64,000 nt of DNA. Source: Clostridia bacterium. Its GTDB lineage: Bacteria > Bacillota > Clostridia > Oscillospirales > CAG-272. The notes under the pieces are model-generated. The model ran no database searches. It was not told where the DNA came from and saw only the letters and a list, made by a program, of their open reading frames with translations. The stretch spans positions 9,456-73,455 of the forward strand of contig JAFTNU010000036.1 of the NCBI GenBank assembly GCA_017451735.1. The letters are read 5' to 3'. Shown in pieces: positions 18,408 through 28,455 of this stretch. Made by a program: the position numbers and the translations under genes. The stretch's first letter is position 1, and each line of letters starts with the position of its first letter.

Positions 18408-19895
18408 TCAGAACCCCCGTTCCCTGTAAAACTGTACGATCTGTTCCGCCTGGGTCCTTCCGCCGTCCGAATTCAAGTATTCGTAAGGATACTTATCGTT
18501 GAAAAGACGTTGGATCACCGATTTTTTGCCACTGCCCGCAGGGGCATAATCCACCAGCTTGGTGACGGCGCCCGCGCCTGCGGCAAAAATCGAATGGATC
18601 TCTTCCATCATATAAATGTTGTAAAGGCATTCGGTGCCCGGCTTGGCAAAGCCCACGTTCTCAAAATTCCCCACCATATTCTTCTGGCGGTACATATAGT
18701 ACGGGAGATATCCCGCCTCGGCGGCGCGGATCTGAGAGTAATCGACACACTTGCCGGCATCGCCGCCGCGCAGGTTGTAGACCCGCTTCCCCTCCCGCAG
18801 GATCTCCGCGGCCTTTTTGACGCAGAAGGTATGTACCGTGATATTTTCGGGATCAAGACGCAGGATCTCGTCATAGGTCTCGGCAAAGGTGCCGAAGGTA
18901 TCACCGGGCAGACCGACGATCAGATCGGTATTGATACAATCTATGCCGCTTTTCCGCGCAATATCATAGGCACGGTAAAAATCTTCTGCCGAGTGGCACC
19001 GCCCCACGCCCTTCAGTACCTCGTCGCAAAGGGTCTGGGGATTGACACAGACACGGGTGACGCCATAGGCCTTGGCAATCGCCATCTTCTCGGCATCAAT
19101 GGTATCGGGGCGCCCCGACTCCAGAGTAAATTCGCGCAGGCGCGACACATCGGTGCACGCGGCAATGGTGGAAAGCAGGGTGCGCAGCTGTGTCGCATCC
19201 AGAATGGTGGGGGTGCCGCCGCCGATATAGACGGTGAGTACGTTCAGCCCCAGCTCACGGATGGCCTCGAACTTGGTGCGGATCTCTTGGCAAAGAAGGA
19301 TCAGATAATCGGGAATGAGTGAAAGCAGACGCTTGGATGTATAGGACACAAAGGAGCAATAGGAGCATCGGGTGGGACAGAACGGGATGGAGATATAAAC
19401 ACTGCAGTCCCGCGCATCGGGATTGCCGATGATCTGCTGCTCCCGCAGGGCCACATCGGTGGCCAGAGCCGCCTTTTTGGGGATAACCATATAATTGGCC
19501 GTCAGGGCCTTGCGCACGCGGGTCTTGCTCATGCCCGAAAGCAACAGCTCGGTGGCCACCTTGGAGGGACGTACGCCCGTGAGCATGCCCCAGGAGGGGC
19601 GGTAGTGCATCAGCTCGCCCACCGCGCTGAGAATGGCATGTCCGATGACGATCTTACGGCAACGATCCTTGGTGAATTCACCCGTTAGGACGATCTGCTT
19701 GGTGGCCGTGCTTTCCTTGCCCTGATAGAGCAGCTTGGCCGTGGCCGTGATGACATCGGTCTCCTCGGTCACATCCAGATAGAGGACGGGGGCCCCCTCC
19801 TCTTCCTCACCCGAGAATTTTTCGCCGGGAAAAAAGATCATGCAAAGGGTCTGCACATAGTATTCGTTGATATCTCCGTTGATGTGCAGCTTCAT
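18408..19895 (-). CDS. hemZ: radical SAM coproporphyrinogen-dehydrogenase-like protein HemZ
   Basis: CPTRCSYCSF radical SAM motif. The N-terminal MKLHINGDINEYYVQTLCMIFFPGEKF is typical of clostridial HemZ. Confidence 0.8.
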   Translation of the reverse strand: MKLHINGDINEYYVQTLCMIFFPGEKFSGEEEEGAPVLYLDVTEETDVITATAKLLYQGKESTATKQIVLTGEFTKDRCRKIVIGHAILSAVGELMHYRPSWGMLTGVRPSKVATELLLSGMSKTRVRKALTANYMVIPKKAALATDVALREQQIIGNPDARDCSVYISIPFCPTRCSYCSFVSYTSKRLLSLIPDYLILLCQEIRTKFEAIRELGLNVLTVYIGGGTPTILDATQLRTLLSTIAACTDVSRLREFTLESGRPDTIDAEKMAIAKAYGVTRVCVNPQTLCDEVLKGVGRCHSAEDFYRAYDIARKSGIDCINTDLIVGLPGDTFGTFAETYDEILRLDPENITVHTFCVKKAAEILREGKRVYNLRGGDAGKCVDYSQIRAAEAGYLPYYMYRQKNMVGNFENVGFAKPGTECLYNIYMMEEIHSIFAAGAGAVTKLVDYAPAGSGKKSVIQRLFNDKYPYEYLNSDGGRTQAEQIVQFYRERGF

Positions 19896-20359
19896 TGCGT
19901 CTTCTCCTTTTTCTTTTTCAGTTCATTACTGTCCATGACAATGGTCACGGGGCCGTCCCCTACCAGATGGACACGCATATCCGCACCGAATTCCCCGTTG
20001 GCAACGGGAACCTCGCGCCCCAACAGATCGCTGAAATAGCGATACAGGGCATCGGCCTGCTCGGGCTTGGCCGCCCCCATATAATCGGGACGGTTACCGT
20101 GACGGTAATTGGCAAGCAAAGTAAAGTTGGACACCACCAGTACACTGCCCTTTACATCCCGCACGGAAAGATTCATTTTGTCGTTTTCGTCGCAAAAGAT
20201 GCGACAGGCAAGGATCTTTTTGGCAAGGAGCTCCGCATCCTCCCGGGTGTCACCCTCGGCCACCCCCAAAAGGATGAGAAGCCCCTTTTTGATCTCGCCC
20301 ACAATCCTTTCGTCTACGCGGACCGCGGCTTGGGCGGCCCGTTGCAATACTGCTATCAT
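19892..20359 (-). CDS. dtd: D-aminoacyl-tRNA deacylase
   Basis: MIAVLQRA...GLLILLGV...SNFTL...G.RP pattern. ATGA overlaps on both sides. Confidence 0.9.
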   Translation of the reverse strand: MIAVLQRAAQAAVRVDERIVGEIKKGLLILLGVAEGDTREDAELLAKKILACRIFCDENDKMNLSVRDVKGSVLVVSNFTLLANYRHGNRPDYMGAAKPEQADALYRYFSDLLGREVPVANGEFGADMRVHLVGDGPVTIVMDSNELKKKKEKTQ

Positions 20360-22581
20360 GAATAACCTCTTACCACGTCGATCACGTCACGCAGGCCCTT
20401 GAGACGGGAAACGATGGAGTGATAGTGCTCGACGTTCTTACAGCTGATTTTCAGATCGATGATCATGCGACCATCGTTTTTCTTACGAGTGTTGACAGAA
20501 AGGAGCAACACCTTCATATCGGCCAGAGCCATGGTAATATCGGCAAGGATGGTCAGGCTGGAATAAACGTGCATTTGCACCAATGCCTCGAAAACATCCT
20601 GACCTTCGGTCTTGCTTCCCAGCTCCCAATGCGCCTCGACCCAGCGGTCGGCATCCTCGGGCTTTTTCATGCCCTCTTCCACATTGGGACAATCGACCTT
20701 GTGGATGGAGATGCCAAAGCCCTTGGTGATAAAGCCGATGACGCGATCACCCGGCAACGGATTACAGCACTTGGCGAATTTGACCTGACAGCCGCTCTCG
20801 CCATCCACCACGATGCCGCTGTTGCGGCGGATGTGACGGGGCGTGGGGGCGGTCTTGATCTGCTCGGCCTCCAGCGGGATATGCACCGTGGGCTCAGCCT
20901 CGGGCTTGATGACCTTGTCGAACTCCTCACGGAGCTTGGTTGCGATCTTGGAGACCGACAGGCCCCCGTAGCCGATGGTGTTATACAAATCATCGGCGCA
21001 GGCATACCCGACCCGTTGCGCAAGAGCCGAAACGATCTCCTGCCGCTGGCTCTCGTTGGTGGGTCTGCCGAATTTTTTCAGCTCCAGCTCCACCGCACTC
21101 TTGCCCAGAGCAATGTTCTCGGGGCGCTTCTCCTTGCGGAACCACTGGCGGATCTTGCCCCGCGCCTCACCGGTCTTGACAATGTTGAACCAGTCGCGGC
21201 TGGGCCCCTTGCCCGCATTGGAGGTGATGATCTCCACGATCTCGCCGTTGCGGGGCACCCGATCGATGGGCACGATCATGCCGTTGATCTTGGCACCCAC
21301 CATCTTGTTGCCCACCGCCGAGTGAATGGCATAGGCAAAGTCAATGACGGTGGCACCCTGAGGCAGTGTGATCACATCGCCCTTGGGGGTAAAGACGAAG
21401 ATCTCGTCCTGGAAGATATCGGTCTTGAAGGCCTTCATGAACTCGTCGGGATCGCGGGTCTCGTCCTCATTTTCCAACAGCTGAGACACCCACGCCAGGC
21501 GTTTGTCCATCTCCTCCTTACTGCTCGCACCCGATTTGTATTTCCAGTGGGCGGCGATACCGTATTCGGCGATGTGATGCATCTCCCAGGTGCGGATCTG
21601 CACCTCAAAGGGAATGCCGTAGCGGCCGATGACGGTGGTATGCAACGAGCGGTACAGATTGGGCTTGGGGGTGGAGATATAGTCCTTGAAGCGCCCCGGC
21701 ATGGAGTTGTACATCTCATGGATCAGTCCCAGTGCCGTATAGCACTCCAGCTCGGTATTCACGATGATGCGCAGGGCGTAAAAATCGTAGATCTCGTCAA
21801 AGCTCTTATTCTGGTTATACATCTTTTTATAGATGCTGTAGACCGATTTGATTCTGCCCTCCAGGGTAAAGGGAATATTGTTCTCCCGCAATTTCGCGTC
21901 CACTTCCTTGCGGATGTGCTCGACAAAATCGGTGTGCTGACCGTACTTTTTCTCGATATCCTCCTTGACCTCGGCATAGCCGTAAGGGTCAAGATACAAG
22001 AGGCTGAGGTTTTCCAGCTCCTGCTTGATGCGCTGCATACCCAAACGGTGGGCCAGGGGCGCGTAAACATGCATGGTCTCCAGAGCCGTGGTGCGCTGCT
22101 TATCGTCGGGACGGGCCCCCAGCGTCCGCATATTGTGCAGACGGTCGCAAAGCTTGATAAAGATGACGCGGACATCCCGGGACATGGCGAGAAGCATCTT
22201 GCGCAGCGTCTCGATATGCGCCTCCTCCTTATCCTCCACCTGCAAGGTGACGATCTTGGTCAGACCGTCCACGATCAGCGCCACATCGGCGCCAAACCGC
22301 TTTTCGATCTCCTTCAGATCGGTCTTTTCGGCGCAATCCTCTACCGTGTCGTGCAGGAGCGCGGCACAGATCGAATCGGAATCAAGCCCTAAGGTCGCGG
22401 CGATCTCGGCCACCGCAACGGGATGGGAGATGTAGGCCTCGCCGCTCTGACGGCGCTGACCCTCATGAAGCTCGGCGGCATATTCGTAGGCCTTGGTGAT
22501 CTTTTCTTTATTGTAATTGTTCCCCGAGGCATCGAGGATCTCGATGAGTCGGGTAATATCGGTATGCACTTCTCTTGCCAT
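20356..22581 (-). CDS. relA: bifunctional (p)ppGpp synthetase/hydrolase RelA/SpoT
   Basis: HD hydrolase (HPVAVAEI..LHDTVED), synthetase (YRSLHTTV), and TGS and ACT regions. 741 aa. Confidence 0.95.
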   Translation of the reverse strand: MAREVHTDITRLIEILDASGNNYNKEKITKAYEYAAELHEGQRRQSGEAYISHPVAVAEIAATLGLDSDSICAALLHDTVEDCAEKTDLKEIEKRFGADVALIVDGLTKIVTLQVEDKEEAHIETLRKMLLAMSRDVRVIFIKLCDRLHNMRTLGARPDDKQRTTALETMHVYAPLAHRLGMQRIKQELENLSLLYLDPYGYAEVKEDIEKKYGQHTDFVEHIRKEVDAKLRENNIPFTLEGRIKSVYSIYKKMYNQNKSFDEIYDFYALRIIVNTELECYTALGLIHEMYNSMPGRFKDYISTPKPNLYRSLHTTVIGRYGIPFEVQIRTWEMHHIAEYGIAAHWKYKSGASSKEEMDKRLAWVSQLLENEDETRDPDEFMKAFKTDIFQDEIFVFTPKGDVITLPQGATVIDFAYAIHSAVGNKMVGAKINGMIVPIDRVPRNGEIVEIITSNAGKGPSRDWFNIVKTGEARGKIRQWFRKEKRPENIALGKSAVELELKKFGRPTNESQRQEIVSALAQRVGYACADDLYNTIGYGGLSVSKIATKLREEFDKVIKPEAEPTVHIPLEAEQIKTAPTPRHIRRNSGIVVDGESGCQVKFAKCCNPLPGDRVIGFITKGFGISIHKVDCPNVEEGMKKPEDADRWVEAHWELGSKTEGQDVFEALVQMHVYSSLTILADITMALADMKVLLLSVNTRKKNDGRMIIDLKISCKNVEHYHSIVSRLKGLRDVIDVVRGYS

Positions 22582-22585
22582 ACTG

Positions 22586-24781
22586 TCACCCCTTTCGGCA
22601 CTGACTTTTCAGCTTTTTCAGGATCGCGGATTTTTCGATATTGGTGCGGGAGGCATTGAAATAGATATCAAAGCGATAGGAGTCGTTTCCCAGCTCCTCT
22701 ACCCCGCAGATCTTCAGCTCATGAAAGACCTCCAGGATGTATTTCAAGCACACATAATTGATGGAGCGGGGGGCACCCGCATTGGAAAGGGACAGGATAT
22801 CCCGCACGGTGAAAACATCTCTGCCCGCACGGAACTCGCGGCGCAGGGCGGTATAGACCCTTGCAAAATCGGAGCGATCGGGCACAAACTCCTCCTCGGG
22901 ATCAAAGGGGGCGCCGCCTCGCACCGCACGGTAGCGATCGGCAAGGCGGTCGTATTCCCTGGCATAATCGGCAGACGGCTTGAAATCCTGAACGATGAGC
23001 TGCACGCTTTTGACATCGCGGAATTCGTTCACATCCACGGTGCAAAGCAGATCCACCCGATCCCCTTCATGAAAATCAAAGCGGGAACGGGGAGTGGAAA
23101 ACAGAAGCGCAAAGACAGACGCATCCCCATCGGAAACCAGAAGCTTGAGATGCTTACCGCCCCCCAGCTCGGTGATGCGATCCACGCGCAGGTCACGCAA
23201 AATGAACTGCGGGGTGGGATTGGAGACCCCGAAGGGCTCCAGACGCTCCAGCTCCTCGGCCAAGGCCAGGCTCACCTGAGATAATGTCATTTCAAGATCG
23301 GCCTCCAGGTGCACCGAAAGCCCTTCTGCCGGCAGATGCTCGGCGGCATAGGCATTGATGCGGGTGCGGAAGTCATCCAATCGACCGCGGGTCACGGTCA
23401 GCCCCGCCGCCAGCTCGTGTCCGCCGAATTTGACCAGCAGATCCTCGCAGGAGCGCAGGGCTTCGAATAAATTCATACCCTTGATGGAGCGGCCCGAGCC
23501 CTTGCCCTGATCATCCGGGCTATGGAAGCCGTCGGCGGCCCCGTCAAAGGAAATCAGGATCGAGGGCAGGCCGTAGCGCTCGGTCAGGCGCGAGGCCACG
23601 ATGCCGATGATTCCCTGCCGCCAGTCATCGTCCTCCAGGACCAGCACATGGGTATTTTCCAGGTCGAACTCCTCGTCGATGCGACGATAGGCCTGCTCGG
23701 CAATGCGGTTTTCCTCCACCTGGCGCTGACGGTTGATCTCACACAGCTCTGCGGCCAGGGCGCTTGCCCGCTGGGGGGTATCGGCCAGGAGCAGCTCCAC
23801 AGCGTGAGAGGCCTCGCTCATGCGGCCCGCCGCATTGATGCGGGGCGCCAGACCGAAGCCGATGAAGGAGGAGGTGATCTTTTTCTTTTTGGCGGGTCGG
23901 GTATCCCCCGCAGTGCGGTTCCCCGCCGACGCTTCTTCAATAAGCGCCGCAAGCCCCACGCGCTTGGTGTCGGCAATGCAACGCAGGCCCAAGGTCACGA
24001 TCAGGCGGTTCTCGTCGGTAATGGGCATGACATCGGCAATGGTGCCGATGGCCACCAGGTCGGCATATTCCCGCGCCATACGGCGCACGCCGTCGATCTC
24101 CTTCTCGCCCCGCTCCATGCCCAGCGTACATTCGTAAGCGGTCATGACCTTGAAGATCACGCCCACGCCCGCCAGCTCCTTGAAGGGATAGGGACAATCG
24201 GGACGGTGGGGGTTGACCACCGCCACGGCATCGGGCAGGGTCTCGCGGCACTCATGATGATCGGTAATGACCATATCGATGCCCTTGTCACGGGCATAGG
24301 CCACCTCTTCATTGGCGGTGATGCCCGTATCCACGGTGACGATACAGGTTACGCCGCTCTCGGCCAGGCGGTCGATGGCGGCCACGGAAAGGCAGTACCC
24401 CTACTGTCTGCGACTGGGAATGTAATAGCCCACATCGGCGCCGAGATTTGACACATACAGATAGAGCAGGCTCACCGCAGTGACGCCGTCCACATCGTAA
24501 TCTCCGTAGATCACGATCTTTTCACGGGTCTCCACCGCGCGACGGATCCGCGCCACGGCGGGCTCCACATCCCGCAGAAGAAAGGGGCTGTGAAACATGG
24601 TATCCTCACAGCGCAGGAAGCGCTCGACCGCCTCCCTTGTGCGATATCCGCGACAGTAAAGCAGGCGCGCGCAGATGGAGGAGAGCCCCGTTTCGTTTGC
24701 CAGCGCGGTGATCTCACCCTGCGTCGGCGCCGAGGCCTCCTCGCGCAATACCCATATTTTTTCACGTTTGATCTGTTCCAT
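22586..24781 (-). pseudogene. recJ: single-stranded-DNA-specific exonuclease RecJ, interrupted by one in-frame TAG (24403-24401)
   Basis: ORFs 24401-24886 and 22586-24385 are in the same frame. The joined product reads ...IYGDYDVDGVTAVSLL...YYIPSRRQ*GYCLSVAAIDRL...IVTVDTGI...VITDHHE. The stop sits where RecJ homologues have the acidic residue of RF(E/D)(E/D)GYG. Confidence 0.85.
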
Positions 24782-24830
24782 GCTTGGGGTTCCTTTCCGA
24801 CATTCATCTGCCAATGGCGGTTTGACGAGA

Positions 24831-25271
24831 TCATTCGGCCCTTCGAACGACCTCCACGATCTCAATATCCAATCGCCGCGAAACAACGGCCTTGGAATAC
24901 AAAGCGATCAGCCCAAGGGAAAGCACGAATGCCCCCAGGGCAATGAGTAACGGAGCCACATCTCCGAGATGCAGGGCGCTGCCGAGCGCATATCCCGCCA
25001 TGGCCAGGACCACGGGAAGCAAAAAGACCAGCGCGGCATAGCCGAGGATCCTACCGGAGCGGCTTTCCAGCTCCACCGTATCACCCACGGCGGCGCCGAT
25101 GCGATTCAGCGCTCTGGCACGGGTCTCGTTCTTTCCCCCAAGGAGGGTACAGATCGAGCAGCCCTTGCCGTCTGCGGCCTTGTGACAGCCGTCGCAGGCC
25201 GCACGGCGTTCCACCGAGACGACGGCGATATTCTGATCTATGATCTCTGTAACGATGGCTCTGGTTTTCAT
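24831..25271 (-). CDS. RseC/MucC family (SoxR-reducing system) protein
   Basis: MKTRAIVTEI..VSV.R..AC..C..........LLGG, followed by two TM segments. Confidence 0.7.
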   Translation of the reverse strand: MKTRAIVTEIIDQNIAVVSVERRAACDGCHKAADGKGCSICTLLGGKNETRARALNRIGAAVGDTVELESRSGRILGYAALVFLLPVVLAMAGYALGSALHLGDVAPLLIALGAFVLSLGLIALYSKAVVSRRLDIEIVEVVRRAE

Positions 25272-25313
25272 AAATAACCTCGTAATATTCCGTTTCGGCG
25301 GGAGCAACGCCGC

Positions 25314-26918
25314 TTATGGGCGAAAGCGCGCCATGATGGCAAGAGCGGTGCGCAGCCCATCCAGCGCCGCGCTGGTGATGCCGCCGGCATAGCCGGCTCC
25401 CTCTCCTGCCGGGTAGACCAGATCTTCCCCGATGGCAGTACGGTCCTCTCCCCGCAGGATACGCAAGGGAGAGGAGGTGCGGGTCTCGACACCGGTGAGC
25501 ACCGCGTCGGGGACGGCAAAGCCCGCGAGCTTGCGGTCAAAGGAGCGCAGGCCTGCGGCTAAGGTATTGGCAACGAAGGGCGGGAGTACCTCGCGCAGAT
25601 CTGCCGTACGCACACGCCCGCCGCCATAGGTGGGCTGAATGCGGGAGGGCTCGGTTCCCCGTTTATTCTCCAAAAAATCTCCAACCGTTTGTACGGGGGC
25701 AACAAAATCACCGCCGCCCGCACGGTATGCGGCGCGCTCCAGTTCGCGCTGGAAGGCAATGGAGGCGCGAATATCCCCGCCCACATCGGCAGGGCTCACC
25801 GACACCGCCACTGCGGCATTGGAATTGCGACCGTCTCTGGCATGATAGCTCATACCGTTGACCACAACACCGCCCTGCTCGGAGGCGGCGGTGACCACCT
25901 CCCCGCCCGGGCACATACAGAAGGTGTAGACCCCCCGCTCACCCGTGGTATCGGAAAGGGCGTATTCGGCAGGCCCTAAGGCCGGATGTCCTGCGGCATC
26001 ACCGTAAAGGGCACGGTCGATATCCTCCCGCAAATGCTCGATCCGCACACCCACCGAAAAGGGCTTGGGCGAGAGCGACAGCGGGTGGGACATGAGCATT
26101 TCAAAGGTATCGCGGGCGCTGTGTCCGATGGCAAGAACAAGAGCGCCTGCCTCGATCTCCCCCTTTGTTGTGCGGGCACGTACCGTGCCGTGCGCAACGG
26201 TATAGTCAAGCAAGCAGGTGCGATACTGCACACTGCCGCCCAATTCCACGATACGGGCAAGGATCCCATCCACCACACGGCGCAGGATATCGGTGCCCAC
26301 GTGGGGCTTGGCCTTGACCAGGATCTCGGGGGGTGCGCCGAATTCCGTCAGACGGCGCAGAACATAGTTGCACAAGGGATCATTGACACGGGTGACCAGC
26401 TTTCCGTCCGAAAAGGTCCCCGCTCCGCCCGCGCCAAACTGAATATTCGACTCGGTATCCAGAACCCCTTCATTGCGGAAGCGTTCGGTAGCGGCGGCTC
26501 TGGCCTGCACACCGTCACCGCGATCGATGAGGATGGGGCGATAGCCCTCCTCCGCCAAAAGCAGTGCGGCAAACAGCCCTGCCGGGCCCATGCCAACCAC
26601 CAACGGGCGGGCGGTCAGGGGCGCCGTACCGTGCGTGACGGAGGGCATCTCCTCGGTAAACGGACGCGCGCCCGCGCGCGTAAGAGCGCTTTCGGCCACC
26701 TCCATGGGGGTGTCATACTCCGCCAGGACCGTGCAGACCTGGAGAATATCATTTTTGTGACGCGCGTCAAAAGACTTTTTATAAAGGCGAAAATGAAGCC
26801 CCGCGGTAAGGATACACGCGCGCTTCATTTTCGCTTCAGCTATTCTGATGATCTCTGCCTCGGGGACGTCGAAGGGAGCACGCAGACCCGAAAGCAGTAC
26901 TGCCTGCACCCGCATCAC
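25314..26918 (-). CDS. FAD-dependent protein, COG2509-type
   Basis: VVGMGPAGLFAAL, GAGGAGTFSDGKL and PAGEGAGYAGGI motifs. It is a paralogue of the 3350-4717 gene. GTG start. Confidence 0.8.
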   Translation of the reverse strand: MMRVQAVLLSGLRAPFDVPEAEIIRIAEAKMKRACILTAGLHFRLYKKSFDARHKNDILQVCTVLAEYDTPMEVAESALTRAGARPFTEEMPSVTHGTAPLTARPLVVGMGPAGLFAALLLAEEGYRPILIDRGDGVQARAAATERFRNEGVLDTESNIQFGAGGAGTFSDGKLVTRVNDPLCNYVLRRLTEFGAPPEILVKAKPHVGTDILRRVVDGILARIVELGGSVQYRTCLLDYTVAHGTVRARTTKGEIEAGALVLAIGHSARDTFEMLMSHPLSLSPKPFSVGVRIEHLREDIDRALYGDAAGHPALGPAEYALSDTTGERGVYTFCMCPGGEVVTAASEQGGVVVNGMSYHARDGRNSNAAVAVSVSPADVGGDIRASIAFQRELERAAYRAGGGDFVAPVQTVGDFLENKRGTEPSRIQPTYGGGRVRTADLREVLPPFVANTLAAGLRSFDRKLAGFAVPDAVLTGVETRTSSPLRILRGEDRTAIGEDLVYPAGEGAGYAGGITSAALDGLRTALAIMARFRP

Positions 26919-27322
26919 TTTTTCTCGACCGTTAAGGTCAGATCAAGAGAGCCTGCCAGGTGCACTCCCTCGGGGAGCTCCAGGTCGTCCTCAGTCAATT
27001 CAAAGACGCCCTCCTCCGCTCCCTCGGGGATATGCACACCGATCACATCGGCGTGGCGCAGATCGGCAACAGTCCCCTCCACCTCCAGGTGGATAGCGGA
27101 CAGCGTGTAGGTATATCCGTCCTTGGGATCAAGCACGCGGGCGGGGACATAATCCGAATCCTCTCGGGTCATAACGGCGATCCAGACGACAAAGGCCAGC
27201 AGCAGGCAGATCACGGCGGCAAAAATATTGGTCCGATAGCTGCGGTGTACGGCATATTCGCCGTTGCTCTGCTGCTCGACGTCACGGGTATCTATGGTTT
27301 TACGGTTCATGGTTCCTCCCAT
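26915..27322 (-). CDS. cdaR: short YbbR-like (CdaR) protein
   Basis: One TM followed by a single beta-rich YbbR-like domain, immediately downstream of cdaA. Confidence 0.6.
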   Translation of the reverse strand: MGGTMNRKTIDTRDVEQQSNGEYAVHRSYRTNIFAAVICLLLAFVVWIAVMTREDSDYVPARVLDPKDGYTYTLSAIHLEVEGTVADLRHADVIGVHIPEGAEEGVFELTEDDLELPEGVHLAGSLDLTLTVEKK

Positions 27323-28164
27323 CAGGCAGTCGCATCATCCTGCTTGCCCAGCAGCTCAAAAAGCTTGCGTCGCAGGGAGACCGACGTGAATTCGCGGAAC
27401 AGCTCACCCTTGTAGGCGATGGAAATGGTTCCCGTCTCCTCGGAAACCACAATGATCACCGAGTCGCTTTGTTCCGACAGGCCGATAGCGGCACGGTGGC
27501 GGGTACCCAATCCCTTGAAAATATCGGTCTTTTCGGAAAGAGGCAGGTAGCAGCCCGCGGCGTAAATTCTGCCGCCGCGCACGATGACCGCACCGTCATG
27601 CAACGGCGCTTTATCGAAGAACACGGCACGCAACAGCTCGGGGGTCAGGTCTGCGTTGAGCGTGGTGCCCGTGCGGATGTATTCGCCGATCCTGGTGGTA
27701 CGTTCGATCACAATGAGAGCACCGGTCTTGGAAAAGGACATATCCTTGACGGCCTCGACGATTGAATCGACCCCCGCAGGGGACAGCGTCATATCGCGGT
27801 GCTCTACACCGATGGATTTGAGCCCGCGGAAGGGTACCGAGCCAATGCGTTCCATGGCGGCGCGCAGCTCGGGCTGAAAAATAATGGCCAGAGCAATGAG
27901 GCCGTAGCCGAAAAAGCTGCTGAAAATATAGCGAATGGCGTACATATCCAACAATTCGCTGACCGCGTAAATGGCAAACATGACGATAATGCCGGTCAGC
28001 AGCTTGCCCGCGCGGCGGTCACGCACGAACAGATAAAGAGCGAAAAAGATGGCGGCCAAAGCCAGGATATCCAGCACATCCCGCCAGCCGAACTCCCGGA
28101 ACGGGGCCGAAAAATATGTTAACGCAAAGCCGCCCGAAAACAGCTTATCGAAAAATTCTTTCAT
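27322..28164 (-). CDS. cdaA: diadenylate cyclase CdaA
   Basis: Three N-terminal TM segments plus a DAC domain (GALIVIER...PLHDGAVIV...LGTRHRAAIGLSEQSDSVIIVVSEETGTISIA). Confidence 0.95.
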   Translation of the reverse strand: MKEFFDKLFSGGFALTYFSAPFREFGWRDVLDILALAAIFFALYLFVRDRRAGKLLTGIIVMFAIYAVSELLDMYAIRYIFSSFFGYGLIALAIIFQPELRAAMERIGSVPFRGLKSIGVEHRDMTLSPAGVDSIVEAVKDMSFSKTGALIVIERTTRIGEYIRTGTTLNADLTPELLRAVFFDKAPLHDGAVIVRGGRIYAAGCYLPLSEKTDIFKGLGTRHRAAIGLSEQSDSVIIVVSEETGTISIAYKGELFREFTSVSLRRKLFELLGKQDDATA

Positions 28165-28396
28165 AGCAAACCTCTATATAAAGCGCCGCAAACACGGCGC
28201 GATCACGTTTCAAAACACGGATAAAAGGCAAAATGAGCCCATTTTTACTATATTATATCATATCTTTTTTCAAAATGCAAATGGTTTTGCTAACTTTTTT
28301 GATCTTTTTTGCTGATTTTTACCTTTCGGGCGCGCGCCGCGATCATCGCTTTTCCTTCGGCTGAAGCTCGGCCATGACGATTTTTTATAAAACGCC

Positions 28397-28425
28397 TTGC
28401 AATTCGCCCCCATCTGCGCTATAAT
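28397..28425 (+). promoter_or_regulatory. sigma-A type promoter
   Basis: TTGCAA (28397-28402), 17 nt, TATAAT (28420-28425). Confidence 0.65.
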
Positions 28426-28455
28426 GGTTGGTAATAAAATAACGGAGGTCGATTT

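Noticed and set aside
17189-18502. Long antisense ORFs opposite clearly homologous genes. These are 17189-18502, 20419-22392, 28270-29595, 39159-41837, 45861-47432, 48965-50923, 53094-54203, 57912-59471 and 59954-61534.
   Set aside because: Their translations are Arg/Gly/His/Ala/Pro-rich, low-complexity strings with no recognisable motifs. The opposite strand encodes full-length YabM, RelA, ADH, SpoIVA/cysteine desulfurase, M42, the TIR-LRR protein, topoisomerase B, GH51 and GH36. Open antisense frames are expected in GC-rich DNA.
24401-24403. Pyrrolysine insertion at the recJ amber codon.
   Set aside because: No pylT, pylS or pylBCD genes and no methylamine methyltransferase genes are in the window. 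The codon replaces a conserved acidic residue in a housekeeping nuclease, which is not a Pyl context. This cannot be fully excluded without the whole genome.
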